From the NCBI GenBank assembly GCA_010909165.1, contig MU008197.1, forward strand, positions 248,001 through 312,000: DNA of 64,000 nucleotides, written 5' to 3'. The number at the start of each line of letters is the position of its first letter. Within the stretch, counting starts at the first letter, position 1. Positions 21,911 to 33,260 of this stretch are shown one piece after another. The notes beneath the pieces are model-generated. The model searched no databases, was not told the origin of the DNA, and saw only the letters and a list, made by a program, of their open reading frames with translations. Both the position numbers and the translations under genes were made by a program. This DNA comes from Anthoceros angustus (taxonomy: Eukaryota; Plantae; Anthocerotophyta).

Positions 21911-24900
21911 ATGGAAAATGGCTGGAGTTTTGAACCGGACACGTGGCCCATCGTGAGGAGCGCCATTAAGGCAGACGGTATGTACCGCAAACTCGTTAGC
22001 TGTGGTTTTGAACGGGCGCCTTCAGCGAACCCGCAGTCGGGCGCGCCGGAGGCGGAGTGCGTCAAGAAGGAAGGCAAAGAAGGAGCGGCGCTTCACCGAT
22101 TGCAAGCAGCCGGAGGAGCGCGAACTCAAGGCGCCGAGGAGCAGCGAGGCGACCTGAGCGGAGCTAGCCGGGGCATGAGCGATTGGCCGGAAAGGAGTTC
22201 GAGGGGATCCGCAAGGCGAGTGGAGGTGCTCGAGCGGAGGCGATTGTGTAGAGGCGCCGAGGGGTGAGCTTGGCTACTGACGCCAAAAGGCGAGCAAGGT
22301 GGAGAAGTTGCTGGAGGGAGATTGAAGGGGCCAAGGCCACCTCTTAGTGGTTGCGTTGAGGCCGACTGCCGAGGAGCGGAAGAACTCCCCTTGCTGCCTC
22401 ACCCAAACCACCACCTCTTTGCTCTCCACTCTCTTAGCCCGATAGATTACTCCAATCTCTCCAATTTTGCTATCCTTGTGTGTGCTCCCTGCGGATGGTA
22501 AAGATAGTGAGGACGGGAACGGGGTACTCCCACGGGAGGAAACCTCCGCCACACCGCCCACAAGGGAAAAGGTAAGAAACACCCACCCCGAGTTCGAGTG
22601 TAGGCCGCCCAAATTTCACCCCGAGATTTGAGGCGTCGAGGCCACGCCCGAGATGAAGATGGAATGGTCAGATTTTGCACTGGTGGCACTTTGCAGCCCC
22701 GCCTTGGTTCAGAGTGTGCGCGATTTAATGAGAGTGACCAAGGCGACGGCCTGGAGGATGCGATCAAGTCATCCCGGGATGTGGAAGGTACGGCATTTCC
22801 GTGGATACGATTTGATACCGGAAGCCCACAAGGGAGGGATCATTCGCAGCCTCCTCCAAGAATCGATCCCGAGGAGGTTATGAGCATGTTCCTACGACCA
22901 AAGGAGGAAGTATGGTCGCAAGGCAATGGCTGGAGGATCTCTTTGTTCAAGGAGCGGAAGTGGAATTTATTCGCCAAGATATGGCTGGGACTAACGCGCG
23001 AGGAAGACGACTGGAAATTCCCATTTAATGATGATGTATGAGATGTCCTGTGGGAAGTTGGTGGATTGGGCCACCATTCTCGTATGAACAAAGTTGCGCA
23101 TCAAACCATTTGGTGATGGAGGGAGCAAGAATCGCTTTGTCTCTACCTTCCTCGACACCTATATCGAGGGAGGAGGTTCTACCGACGAAGAAGCCAAGAT
23201 AGAAGCTACCGTGAGGGTAGCGGAAGGAGAGCCATCACGGCCCCAGAGGATGAAGAGAGAGAGGCCCCGGGCAAGAGACCGCCACGCCCGAACCAACATG
23301 AGGCCTCGTGATCGTGAACCCAACAAGAGAAAGGGAAGAAGGCCATAGAAGCACCTCCTACGAGGAAGGAGGAAAGGATACGAGACCACCTACCGAGGGT
23401 TGAGGATTGGAAGGCCGACAACACCAAGGGGAGTGAACCCCTACCAGGACCTGTGGAGGATGGAGGACCTACGGTAGGAGCTTTACCTCCTACCAAGAAG
23501 TAGTAACAAGACTTGAGGCAGTGGAAGAACGAGGGTTGGTGACCCACGCACCAAGGAGGAGGAGGAAGTGTTCGAACAAACGGGCATCCTGCAGGGTAGT
23601 TGCCGAGTCAAGGAAGTGGGCGCAGGATCTATGGACGCCCTAGTGGACCGTGTCGGAGGTGACCAAGTTCGGAACTTCGAGACCTACGAAAGGAGCCGGA
23701 GGATGCCGAGAAGAAATTGAGAGGAGCTCAAAACCACCTCCGAGAAGCAACACTGCTAGATCCGCCAAAGAGCGACAGATGACCACCAAGTTGGTGAATG
23801 TGTGGGAAATGATTGACTGTCTTAGGACAGAGGCAAAATCAGCCAAGAGGGAGGAGTTGGAAGCCAGAAGGAGGCGTATGAAAGTTGGAAGCTACCCTAG
23901 CAAGGGTAGGACACATCGAACGCAGCAAGGAGGAGGCAAGATCTAGCTAGCAAGGCCCCGGACCTTGAAGACGAGAAGGACCTCCACGAAGAAGTTAGTT
24001 GCCATGGAGCAACGGAAGGAGCATTACAAGGGAAAATACGCTTGGTGAAGGAACGACAAGGATGGGACAATGTGACCAAGGGTCACAAAGAGGAGCTTCA
24101 GACACGAGAGAACTTTTGGAGCAAAGAACGAAGAAGGCCGACGACCTTACCCACGCCTATGAAACGGAGGCAAGGAACGGAAGGAAGTTTTGATGGCCCA
24201 ACGATCTTTGGAGGGTCTTCGTGTCATTCGAGGAGCAGCGAGAGATCACGCTATAGTGAAACGCATGGCGATGGAAGCCATGGAGAAAGATAAGGAGATT
24301 GGGAGGCTTGCCCGAGTTGGAGAGAGCGGTAGTGGAGAAAGAGGCCGCATTGGTAGGAGTGACAAATCAGCCGGTGGGACGAAAAGGCCATCCCACTAAG
24401 GGTCCGCATCATGGACGACAAAAGAAGGAGAGTGGTAGGGTGGCGACCTACTACAACAACCTCCTCGGAAGCGATTGAGGAACGCCAGCTGAGGAAGACG
24501 AAGAAATGACCTCACCGCTCGACGCCAAGTGGAATGGCACCGGAGGTCAAACTTTGAGTTGGTACAAGGAAAGCCAGTCGCCGGACATAGCCGAGCGAGC
24601 GAGTCAAGAAGCACCTACGGCGACGCCAGAGAACCTCCCGAGACGGTGGAGCTATCAAGCGGGAGGAAGAGACCGATGGTAGGATGGTACTACCAAAGTT
24701 CCTACTGTAGGAACTGCTGAAGAGGAGGAGGTGACCGGGAAGGGTACCTCCGGCCTACGAAACCTGTGCCGTGAGGGAAGGTACCCCATAGCAAGGTCTG
24801 AAACAGAGGTAGGAGATGAACCGCCTACCAAGAAGACGAGAACATGAGGGGAGGAACCCATCGAGGATGAACGAGTAGGAGGAATGGAACCTCCTACCAC

Positions 24901-24950
24901 GGGAAGACCTACCACCAATGACGAGGCGCACGGCAGTATAGTCCCGGAGA
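21911..24950 (+). pseudogene. Accessory ORF remnant within U3 of LTR A (also about 33590-36350)
   Basis: Same peptide blocks in both LTRs: LVLECA..PGMWKVRHFRIRFDTG, GNGWRISLFKERKWNLFAKIW, VDWATIL..RFVSTFL.HLY, then charged coiled-coil (MAMEAMEKDKEIGRLARSWRELVEKEAALV). Confidence 0.6.
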
Positions 24951-25246
24951 AGACTCGGAGGTGGGCAAGGCTAAACACCCATCAAGGGGAAGACATTGAA
25001 GCCGCGAGGCTAACAAAAGCCGAACGAGGATGTCGAGGACCTTTTCAAGAGGACGTTTTGTCCCAAGTGGTGCACACCTTGGGAAGTGTGAGTATTTAAG
25101 AGTGGCGCAGATAGATGACAGGATATTCGTCAAGGTGAGCCGGATCGAGCCGAGAGGACGAATCGAAGGGGCCGACAAGAGTCCTATTGTTGGACTTGGC
25201 AAGTCGCCTAGCATTAAACTAGCACGAGTGGCGTCGACTCCCCACC

Positions 25247-25276
25247 TATAAAAGGGAGGGTGGAAGAATGAATAAA
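25247..25276 (+). promoter_or_regulatory. LTR A TATA box and poly(A) signal (also 36690-36719)
   Basis: TATAAAAGGG at 25247 and AATAAA at 25271, conserved in both LTRs about 700 bp before the LTR end. Confidence 0.6.
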
Positions 25277-25589
25277 CACCGGACCTTGCTTTGTCATGCA
25301 TTCTTCGCCTCCCCGCATCCCTTTGTGTGTGTGTGCTGACCGCCGCCGCCAAGCGACGAAGGCGAAGGGTGGGGTTCGGTCGAGGCCCTCGCGGTGGGGT
25401 TCGCCAACGCAGCTCCTCCTCTCGTGAAAGATTGTTGTTGGATGTGCTTTGTGTTTCTGGGTGGCCTCGCAGGAGGATCGGCGCGCTCACGCGCCGCTGT
25501 GTGTTCGTATACGCAATCGCCCGAGAGAAATACCCACTAGTCGTCACCCTGTGCCAGCAAGGGAGGCGAAACCGCGAACGCTATGTAGT

Positions 25590-27735
25590 AGAGTTAGATT
25601 TGGGGATCGAATGAAGTGAGTCCGTATGTGGTGTCCGTGAGCTATGTTTCTTTTGAGAATGGTGAAGAGGTTGGCTATGGGTGTGTCGTTGTAGAGTGAA
25701 TTGATCGCTGTAGTTGGAGGAGAGTGTTGAGGTGGAGGGAATCTCGAAGGCGTGGAGCGCGCTGGGGCCGAGCAACCCAAACGCATAAGTTGTTGCCCAC
25801 ACCGAGGACAAGTAGATGGGCGTAATGACGAGAGTGAGAGAGTGAGAGGAACGACTCGCAAACAATCCGAACCAAATCTCTTGGGATCGAACCCACGATT
25901 CAACGACTGGATAAGTGTGGCCACCGAGGCGAGCTCCGGTGACCGAGGCAAACCTACCACATTTTTGGCGCCGCTGTCGGGATTTGCTGCTTGAGGATTG
26001 TGTGAGTGAATGATGATAGAGGGAGTAAACGGGCATTGCGAATCCATCCCCTTTCAACTCGTGCGAAAGGGCGCCGAAGGGATGAGTATCGACGCGGATA
26101 GAGGCAATCCCGAGAGGTTAGCCATCGCGGCCAGAGTGGAGGTGTAAGCACAACAAGCGAAGCTCACCGAGGAAGAAAGTACGGTACAACGATCGTCACC
26201 ACGCTAGGTTGTCTCGATTGTTTTGCAGAGAAAGGTCCGACAGCGCCTACCCACGGACGGGAGCCGTGGTACTTTGGAACATCAAGAAGAGCGGAACCGA
26301 ACGGAGGCTCATTTTTGCGAACCCTTCGAGATCACGACTGTGGAGTTAGTATCACCACGAACGGTGAAGGACTCGAGAGGGAAGTAGGTGGTCCCGCCGC
26401 TACCACCCGTCCGAACGCACTCGCATCCTCTTCTCGACATCGACACCTTAGAAGATTTTTCGGACTCGAGCCGAGAAAACGCCTTGTTTGATGAGATCAT
26501 CTCGAGGGGAGTCAACGAGCACACACGCTGAATTTGTTACCGAGAGCTCGGGAGGCAGCCATACGGCGGCGTTGATCGCACCAGCAGGAGCAAGGATTGG
26601 GACACTTACAATACAATATCTCGATCATTTGGCTCGACAGGAAGTTGCGCAATGTAAGCCGAGGCGCAAGGCGAGCGTTGCGAGTAGAGTTAGATTTGGG
26701 GATCGAATGAAGTGAGTCGTATGGTGGGTGAGCTATGTTTCTTTTGAGAATGGTGAAGAGGTTGGCTATGGGTGTGTCGTTGTAGAGTGAATTGATCGTT
26801 GTAGTTGGCAGGAGAGTGTTGAGGTGGAGGGAATCGAAGGCGTGGAGGCGGCGCCGTGGGCAGATAACCCGCATAACACGTTTTGTTGCCCTCGAGGACA
26901 AGTAGGGCAAGGCGGGAATGACGAGGTGAGAGAGTGAGAGGAGACTAAACAATCCGAACCAAATCTCTTGGGATCGAACCTACGATTCGAGTGGGATAAG
27001 TGTGGCCACCGAGGCGAGCTCGGGTGAGGCAAACCTACCACATTTTTGGCGCGCTGTCGGGATTTCTGTTTGAGGATTGTGTGTGAGTGAATGATAGAGG
27101 GAGTAAACGGGCATTGCGAATCGTCATCCCCCCCTTTCGCTAAAGGGCGAAGGGATGAGTATCGGCGGATAGAGGCAATCCCGAGAGGTTAGCCGTAGCC
27201 ATCGCGGCTAGAGTGGAGGTAAGCGAGCATGCTGAAGCGGAAGCTCATGGGAGAAGAAAGTACGTACAACGTCGTCACCACGCTTAGTTGTCTCGATTGT
27301 TTTGCAGAGAAAGGTCCGAGCGCCCTACTCCACGGACGGGAGCCGTGGTACTTTGGAACATCAAGAAGACAGGCGGAAACGATGGCCGAGCTCATTCTTT
27401 GCGAACCTTCGAGAGTCACGACCGGAGTTAGTATCACCCACGACGTGTGAAGGACTCGAGGGGAAGTAGGTGGTCTGCCGCTACCACCCGTCCGAACGCA
27501 CCATCCTCTTCGACACGACACCTTAGAAGATTTTTCGGACTCGAGCCGAGAAAACGCCTTGTTTGTGAGAGATCATCTCGGGGGAGTCAACGAGCGACAC
27601 GCTGAATTTGTTACCGAGAGGGCTCGGGAGGCAGCCATACGGCGGCGTTGATCGCAAACAGGAGCAAGGATTGGGACACTTACAATCGACAATATCTCGA
27701 TCATTTGGCTCGACAGCGGAAGTTGCGCGAGGCGC
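25590..27735 (+). repeat. About 1.1-kb tandem duplication of LTR end, PBS and leader
   Basis: GAGTTAGATTTGGGGATCGAATGAAGTGAGTC at about 25590 and 26687; both copies run to CTCGACAG..GAAGTTGCGC. Confidence 0.9.
25966..25982 (+). other. Primer-binding site of element A (second copy about 27047-27062)
   Basis: TGGCGCCGCTGTCGGGA just after the LTR end, resembling the Athila-type TGGCGCCGTTGCCGGGGA PBS. Confidence 0.85.
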
Positions 27736-30700
27736 GAGCGGCTGAGAAGAAGCAAGAATTGTGGGAGCCGGAAGACACAATCAAGTCCACAACCCACGAG
27801 CAAGAGCTGCCCGAGTTTCTCACTTACTCGTGCGTGTGACACCCGCTCACAAGATCGACACCTTTGCCCATAGCCATGAGCGGAGCGGAGGAGCTGACGG
27901 GAGCAAGCCCCCATCACCCGCACACAAGGCAGCCATATCCCAAATTTGGATCCAAGAAGGAGGACGACATCGATGCCGAAAGTTTTGTAAAACTTTTCGA
28001 ATCCATCTCGAGGGCTAACATCGAGGATTCCTCGATGATCGCACGGATTTTTCCAGATCGCTAGGGACCGCGCAACAATGGTATGCGCTGAAGTTCTCTA
28101 CCCCACCCACCGCTTGATTGCGAGCTGATTTCTTATTCGCTGGTTTGAGCCACACTACCCATGTGTTAACAAAACTTCGCACTGGCGAAAGAAGAAAGAA
28201 TCCTTGCTCGATTATGTGGAACGGTTTTAGCTCGGAGAAGATACCTCCGAGTGGACAACACGGGAGGAGAATCACAAGCGTATTCGGAAGAACAAGCGTT
28301 GGATTGGTTCGTCTGTGGACTACCACGAAGATGGAGATTCACCGCAGGGCAATGATACCTTGAGGAAGGCATCAGCAAGCATGGGAGGCCGCACCGGGGA
28401 GGAGAAGACGGAAGAAAGCGAGTGGCAAGAGGAAGAAAGGAAGAGACATCGCCTTCAAGTTCGAAGAATCGACGTCAAGACACTCACAACCATCATCATC
28501 AAGAGAATTCAACATCCGGACGGATGATAGCGAATCGGAAGAAGCACATCATAAGCGAGTGAAAAAGACTTGGAACATTTGTCAAGAAGAAGGAGAGAGA
28601 CAAGAGAAACGCCACGAAGGTTTCGTGAGAAGGGAAAAGGGAACGAATGGAAGGTCGCCCCAAGAGACACCGGAAAGATGTGATGAAACGGTGACATCGA
28701 GATCAAATTAGTCAAGAATCGACCGACTCGACGATCTCCTTCCCCTACCCGGCAGCAAGTCTTTTGTAGCAATTGTCATCAGCCAGGCCATACGCATCAG
28801 GAATGCCGTCTCAAGACACGATGGGTCAATCAGGTGGAGTACGATCTAGACCCATACTATTCAGGAGAGGAGGTGTACCAGATGCAGGCCGTGCCAGGAG
28901 CTCGACCGCCTCAATCCATGAGAGCCACCTATCAACCGGCATCACCCAGTGGGATGAGGTATGGTCCAAGGCAATCGCGCAATCAATGGCGGCGGAATCC
29001 TCTAACGACCCCGTACCGGGTCGCCATTGTTACAACTGGGGCGCCTGATCATTATGCGAATGCATGTAACCGGCATGGCGATTGGGTACACCCTTCACAG
29101 TCTGCAAGGCGCCAGTCATATAGCGGGAGATGCAAGATGTACGGCCCAAGACCATTCTCGCCACTGTGGGTACGATTCGCAGCAGAGAGGAGATTCCACC
29201 AAACCCAGACACGTGCCCACCCCCAGACAGTGTGGAAGTAGAAGACGGCGAACGCTGGGGAGAGGAGCAAGAAGGCGAATGGTTGGAAGTGCAGAAGTGG
29301 ACTCGGTATATTCCGAGAAGACGAGTTAGTCGCCGCCACTGGCCAAGACTAAGGAGGACGACACCTCGACAAGGGAATGCTCGAAATTGGAAGTTCGCGG
29401 AGATGGGCGGAATGAAAGCGAAAGAAAAGAAGAATGCCGAGGAAGTGACATCGAGAGATGAAGAAACGCCCGAGACCGGGCCGAGGGAGGGCGGTCCAAA
29501 GGTTTTGCACCGACATCACCAGAGGTGGCGTGCATGCTCGATGCCGAATTACGAAACTCACTCAAGAGAAGAAACATGCACCCCAAAACCATGGGTCCAG
29601 GGAGTGATGACAAAAGATGGAGGGTTACGCTCAAAGAAGAAGTAAGGAGGAAAAGAAGACCCTCTCACCGAGAAGGTCACCGCTTTGCGACTTCTGGATC
29701 AAGAATTCCTTGTGACATTTCGACAACTCTTGTCCGACAACCCCAAGTATCGACGATGATGCGAGAAGCGATGAAAGGGACTCAGTCGATCGAAAACCAG
29801 AGACGAATCACGGATGTACGAGTTGTGGAACTCATGGATTTGGGTGCCGTGAAATATCGGTCAAGTGAACGGATGCTTGATAAGGCGGTACCATCGACTG
29901 CTCGTGGTTAACTGATGATGGAAGAAACGCCAGCAAACTAGGATACACCAAGTTCGAGGACACGCACGCCCTACGAATGGCGGATCGACGCGGCGCGATC
30001 ACTGGGGTACTCGCGATACCCACTAACATTGGAGGCATTGTTTTCCTTTGACTTATGTGGTCATGCCCCGACCCGGGTATCAAGTGTTGATAGGGAGGCC
30101 ATGGCTATACGGCAAAAAAGCCGCTTGATTGGGGAAGAAGGAAAATTAATTTTGATCGCTCAAGGGCATGCCGCTGGCTCATGCCTCCGTGAGTCGGAGC
30201 AAGGAAACCTATGAAGGGGAAACTAATCCTCACCGAGGAGTACACCGAGGTTGGGGAGGAGATGAGGGAGAGGAAAATTCTTCGATCGATGATCAAACGT
30301 ATTGTCCTGCTGTTTGCTTGACCCAAGTCGAGATAGAGAAGAATCGAGTACAATGGAGAAGGGACGAGAAAGCATCCTTGGATAAGGAAAGCCGACAATG
30401 AAGATTTTCCGGATGAAGGAACGGGCCACTACGGAAGTTGTCCGGACGGACCAAAGGATCCGGAGCCTTAGAGGAAATGGAGCTGGCCTCGGAAGAAGTC
30501 ATGGTATGCGCATCTGAACAAAGAGAAGAAACAACTCCATCACCGTTGTTAGAATACATAGATTGTTTCGCTCAAGGTAACCGATGACCGTATACCGAGG
30601 AGTTGGGAGTGCACCGAATCGACTTGAAGGAAGGAGCGACTCGTGAGGATCAAGCAAGACGACTCAATCCAAAGTATTCTCTAGTGGTGAAGGAGCAATT

Positions 30701-33230
30701 GGATCAAGATTCGGAGGCGGAGTAATCTATCCTGCATCACAAATGGGTGGCACCGATTGTGATTGTGCCTAAGAAGCAGGGAAAGTTCGGTCTGTCAGAT
30801 TTCGTGAAGTTGAATGAGGCAACTAAGAAAGACCATCACCCTTTGCCGCTTATGGATAGTGTATTGGACACGGTCAGGCAGGCATGAGATGTACAGCTTA
30901 GACGGGTATTCGGATATAATCGATCACTCGAGAAAGGAAGATCAGACAAAACAACGCTTACATCGATTGGGGACGCTTGCATGCCAAATTACCCTTTGGT
31001 CTTTGCAATGCCCCGCCACCTTCGTAGAGTAGTGAATACCATTTTCCGAGAGTACCGAGGAAATTCATGGAAGTATTTCGGATGACTTTTGTGTGTTTGG
31101 GAAGAGAAGGACTTGGGACATCTTCGCCGGTGTTTACGTATGTAGAGAAACCAATTTGAAGTTACCCGAGCAAATGTTATTTCGAATGATGGGAATCACT
31201 GCACATCGTGTTTCAAGCGAGGTTTGAGGTGGATAGGAAAAGGTCGAGTCATCATGTAGATGGATGCTCAAACGAAGGCAAGTTCGAGCCTTCATCGGCT
31301 TGGTGGGATACTACAGAGATTCATCATTGATTTTGCAAAGAAGGCGCACCTCTCACGCAACCATCAAGAAAGATGTTCCTTTGACGACGGCCGAGCGTTG
31401 CCTAAGTTTGAAAAGAGCTTGGCGGGGCACAAGATTGCAACCCCCAACCGGGAAGAACCTTTTCATGTCTTTGTGGATGTATCGCCATGCCATAGGGGCC
31501 ATCCCGAGTCAACGTGATGGAAAGAAGCATGATAGGCCGATCTTCTATGCGTGACGCCAACTTTCGGATGCGTAACGGAACTACTCCACGATCGAAAGAG
31601 AAGTTTTGGCATCATCTATTCTCGCAAGAAATTTCGACATTATCTCGGCTTGCAAAGTTGTGTTCCATGTGGACCATTTCGCATCAAGTACTTGGTAACA
31701 AACCCGATCTATCCGGACGAATCGCGATGGATCAAGCATTACGTGAATTCGATTATGAGGTGGAAACACGGTGGAAGCAACATGTGAACGCCGACTTCAT
31801 TTCGACTACGAATGAAGGGAAGCGCCACCACCGAACGATAAGTTCCCGGATGAGGAGTTGGTAGCCCGAAAGCATGATCGAAAGACGCAGGAGGCACCGC
31901 AGAAGGACGGATCGAGAAACGGCGGAGCTCGGGACTCCTCCGGATATCGCGAGCGCATCGAGAACCGGAGGGGACGCCACAGACCAAGGACTACGCAACC
32001 CGCGACGAAACCCCGACCGTAAGAAGAAGGGAGGGGCGGCGTGTCCAGACACTTCATCAACGCCGAGGTCGAGGTATTTAGAGCATGGGGAGTTGCCGGA
32101 TTTTCAAAGGAAGGAGTTGTCAGATTCATCACTGTATGCACCATATTGCATCGAAAGGGAGTATTGTACAAATTGGGAGTGATGAGGTGATTCAAGATGT
32201 TTGAGGGGATGAGAAAGCCATGGTGATAGAAGCCTTGCACACGAGGAAGGAGGACACTATTCCGCCACAATCACAACAAAGAAGATTCTAACCTGTGGTT
32301 TTGGTGGGATACAATGTATAGAGATGTATGGTTATTCATCGAGTTGTGATGCTTGTCACGAACGGGAGGCCCACGACGACCCAAAGGGCCTCTAACGACA
32401 TCCTACCACGCACCTTTTGAAAATGGGGAATTGATTTTGTGGGACCTATTCGACCACCAACCCCGGACCAGCGACAAGACATTCTGTTGCGACAGACATC
32501 GCACAAAGATGGTCGAGGCGAAGCGAAGGAAGGATGATGCGCCCACCGCCGCCAAGTTTTTGTTTGAACGGATTATCACAAGGTATGGATGCCCACGGAA
32601 CTTGTTAGCGATCGAGGGACGATTTCAACAAAGATAATCGAGTCTGGATCGCTTATTTCAACATTCGACATGTGAAGACTACGCCTTACAACCCGAAAGC
32701 CAACGGACTCACGGAGAAGACAAATGGGTTACTATGCAACATTTTGATAAAGTGACCTCCCATATGTATGATCGGGATACCAAGCTACCCGTGCTATGGG
32801 CTTTCAGGATCGAGAAGGTGACCACAAGAAGACACAGATTATCTCGACATACCAGATGTCACCCGTAATGCCGAATTTGAGGTACCAACGATAGAATTAT
32901 GGAAGATGAGCGAATGACGGGAAGATAGTGAACAAGCCAGTTGGAAGAATTTGAGGCATGAGGAAACTAGGACGATGCCTTAGAGGAGACACAAATGAGT
33001 ACAGGAAGAGGAAGGAGAGGCACGATGGGAGGCTTCACAGACTCGTATAGTAGCGGAGACTTGGTGCTCCTTTACGATAGTAGGTATTTAGATTTTCCGG
33101 AAGCTACGAGAGATGGATGGGGCCTATGCGGTTGTAATATGAAAATGGGTCACAGCTTGAAAGTTTATCGGGGAACTACTTCCTACCAGAGTGAATGGGT
33201 GGAAGATCAAGAAGTACTTTACACTGAGGA
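27640..33230 (+). pseudogene. gag-pol: gag-pol of element A (gag with CCHC knuckles, protease, RT, RNase H, integrase), frameshifted
   Basis: YPKFGSKKEDDIDAESFVKLFES; CSNCHQPGHTHQEC (28765-28806); YQVLIGRPWLYG; WVAPIVIVPKKQG, KLNEATKKDHHPLPLMD, PFGLCNAPATF, DDFCVFG; PFHVFVDVS, RNYSTIERE; FEKWGIDFVGP, YNPKANGLTEKTNG, GDLVLLYDSR. Confidence 0.92.
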
Positions 33231-33247
33231 TGAGGGCGCAAACAAAT

Positions 33248-33260
33248 GGGGAGAGGAGCA
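33248..33260 (+). other. Polypurine tract of element A
   Basis: GGGGAGAGGAGCA directly before the 3' LTR TG. Confidence 0.85.

Larger units (their letters stand above)
21568..25961 (+). repeat. 5' LTR of element A (4394 bp)
   Basis: Starts TGTGGAACGAAGAATTTTGG, ends AAACCTACCACA, followed by the PBS; colinear with 33261-37390. Confidence 0.92.

Noticed and set aside
21911-24950. env-like call for the LTR accessory ORF
   Set aside because: No signal peptide or transmembrane segment visible; the protein is charged and coiled-coil-like.
25966-25982. tRNA gene
   Set aside because: Only about 17 nt complementary to a tRNA 3' end, i.e. a PBS; no cloverleaf.
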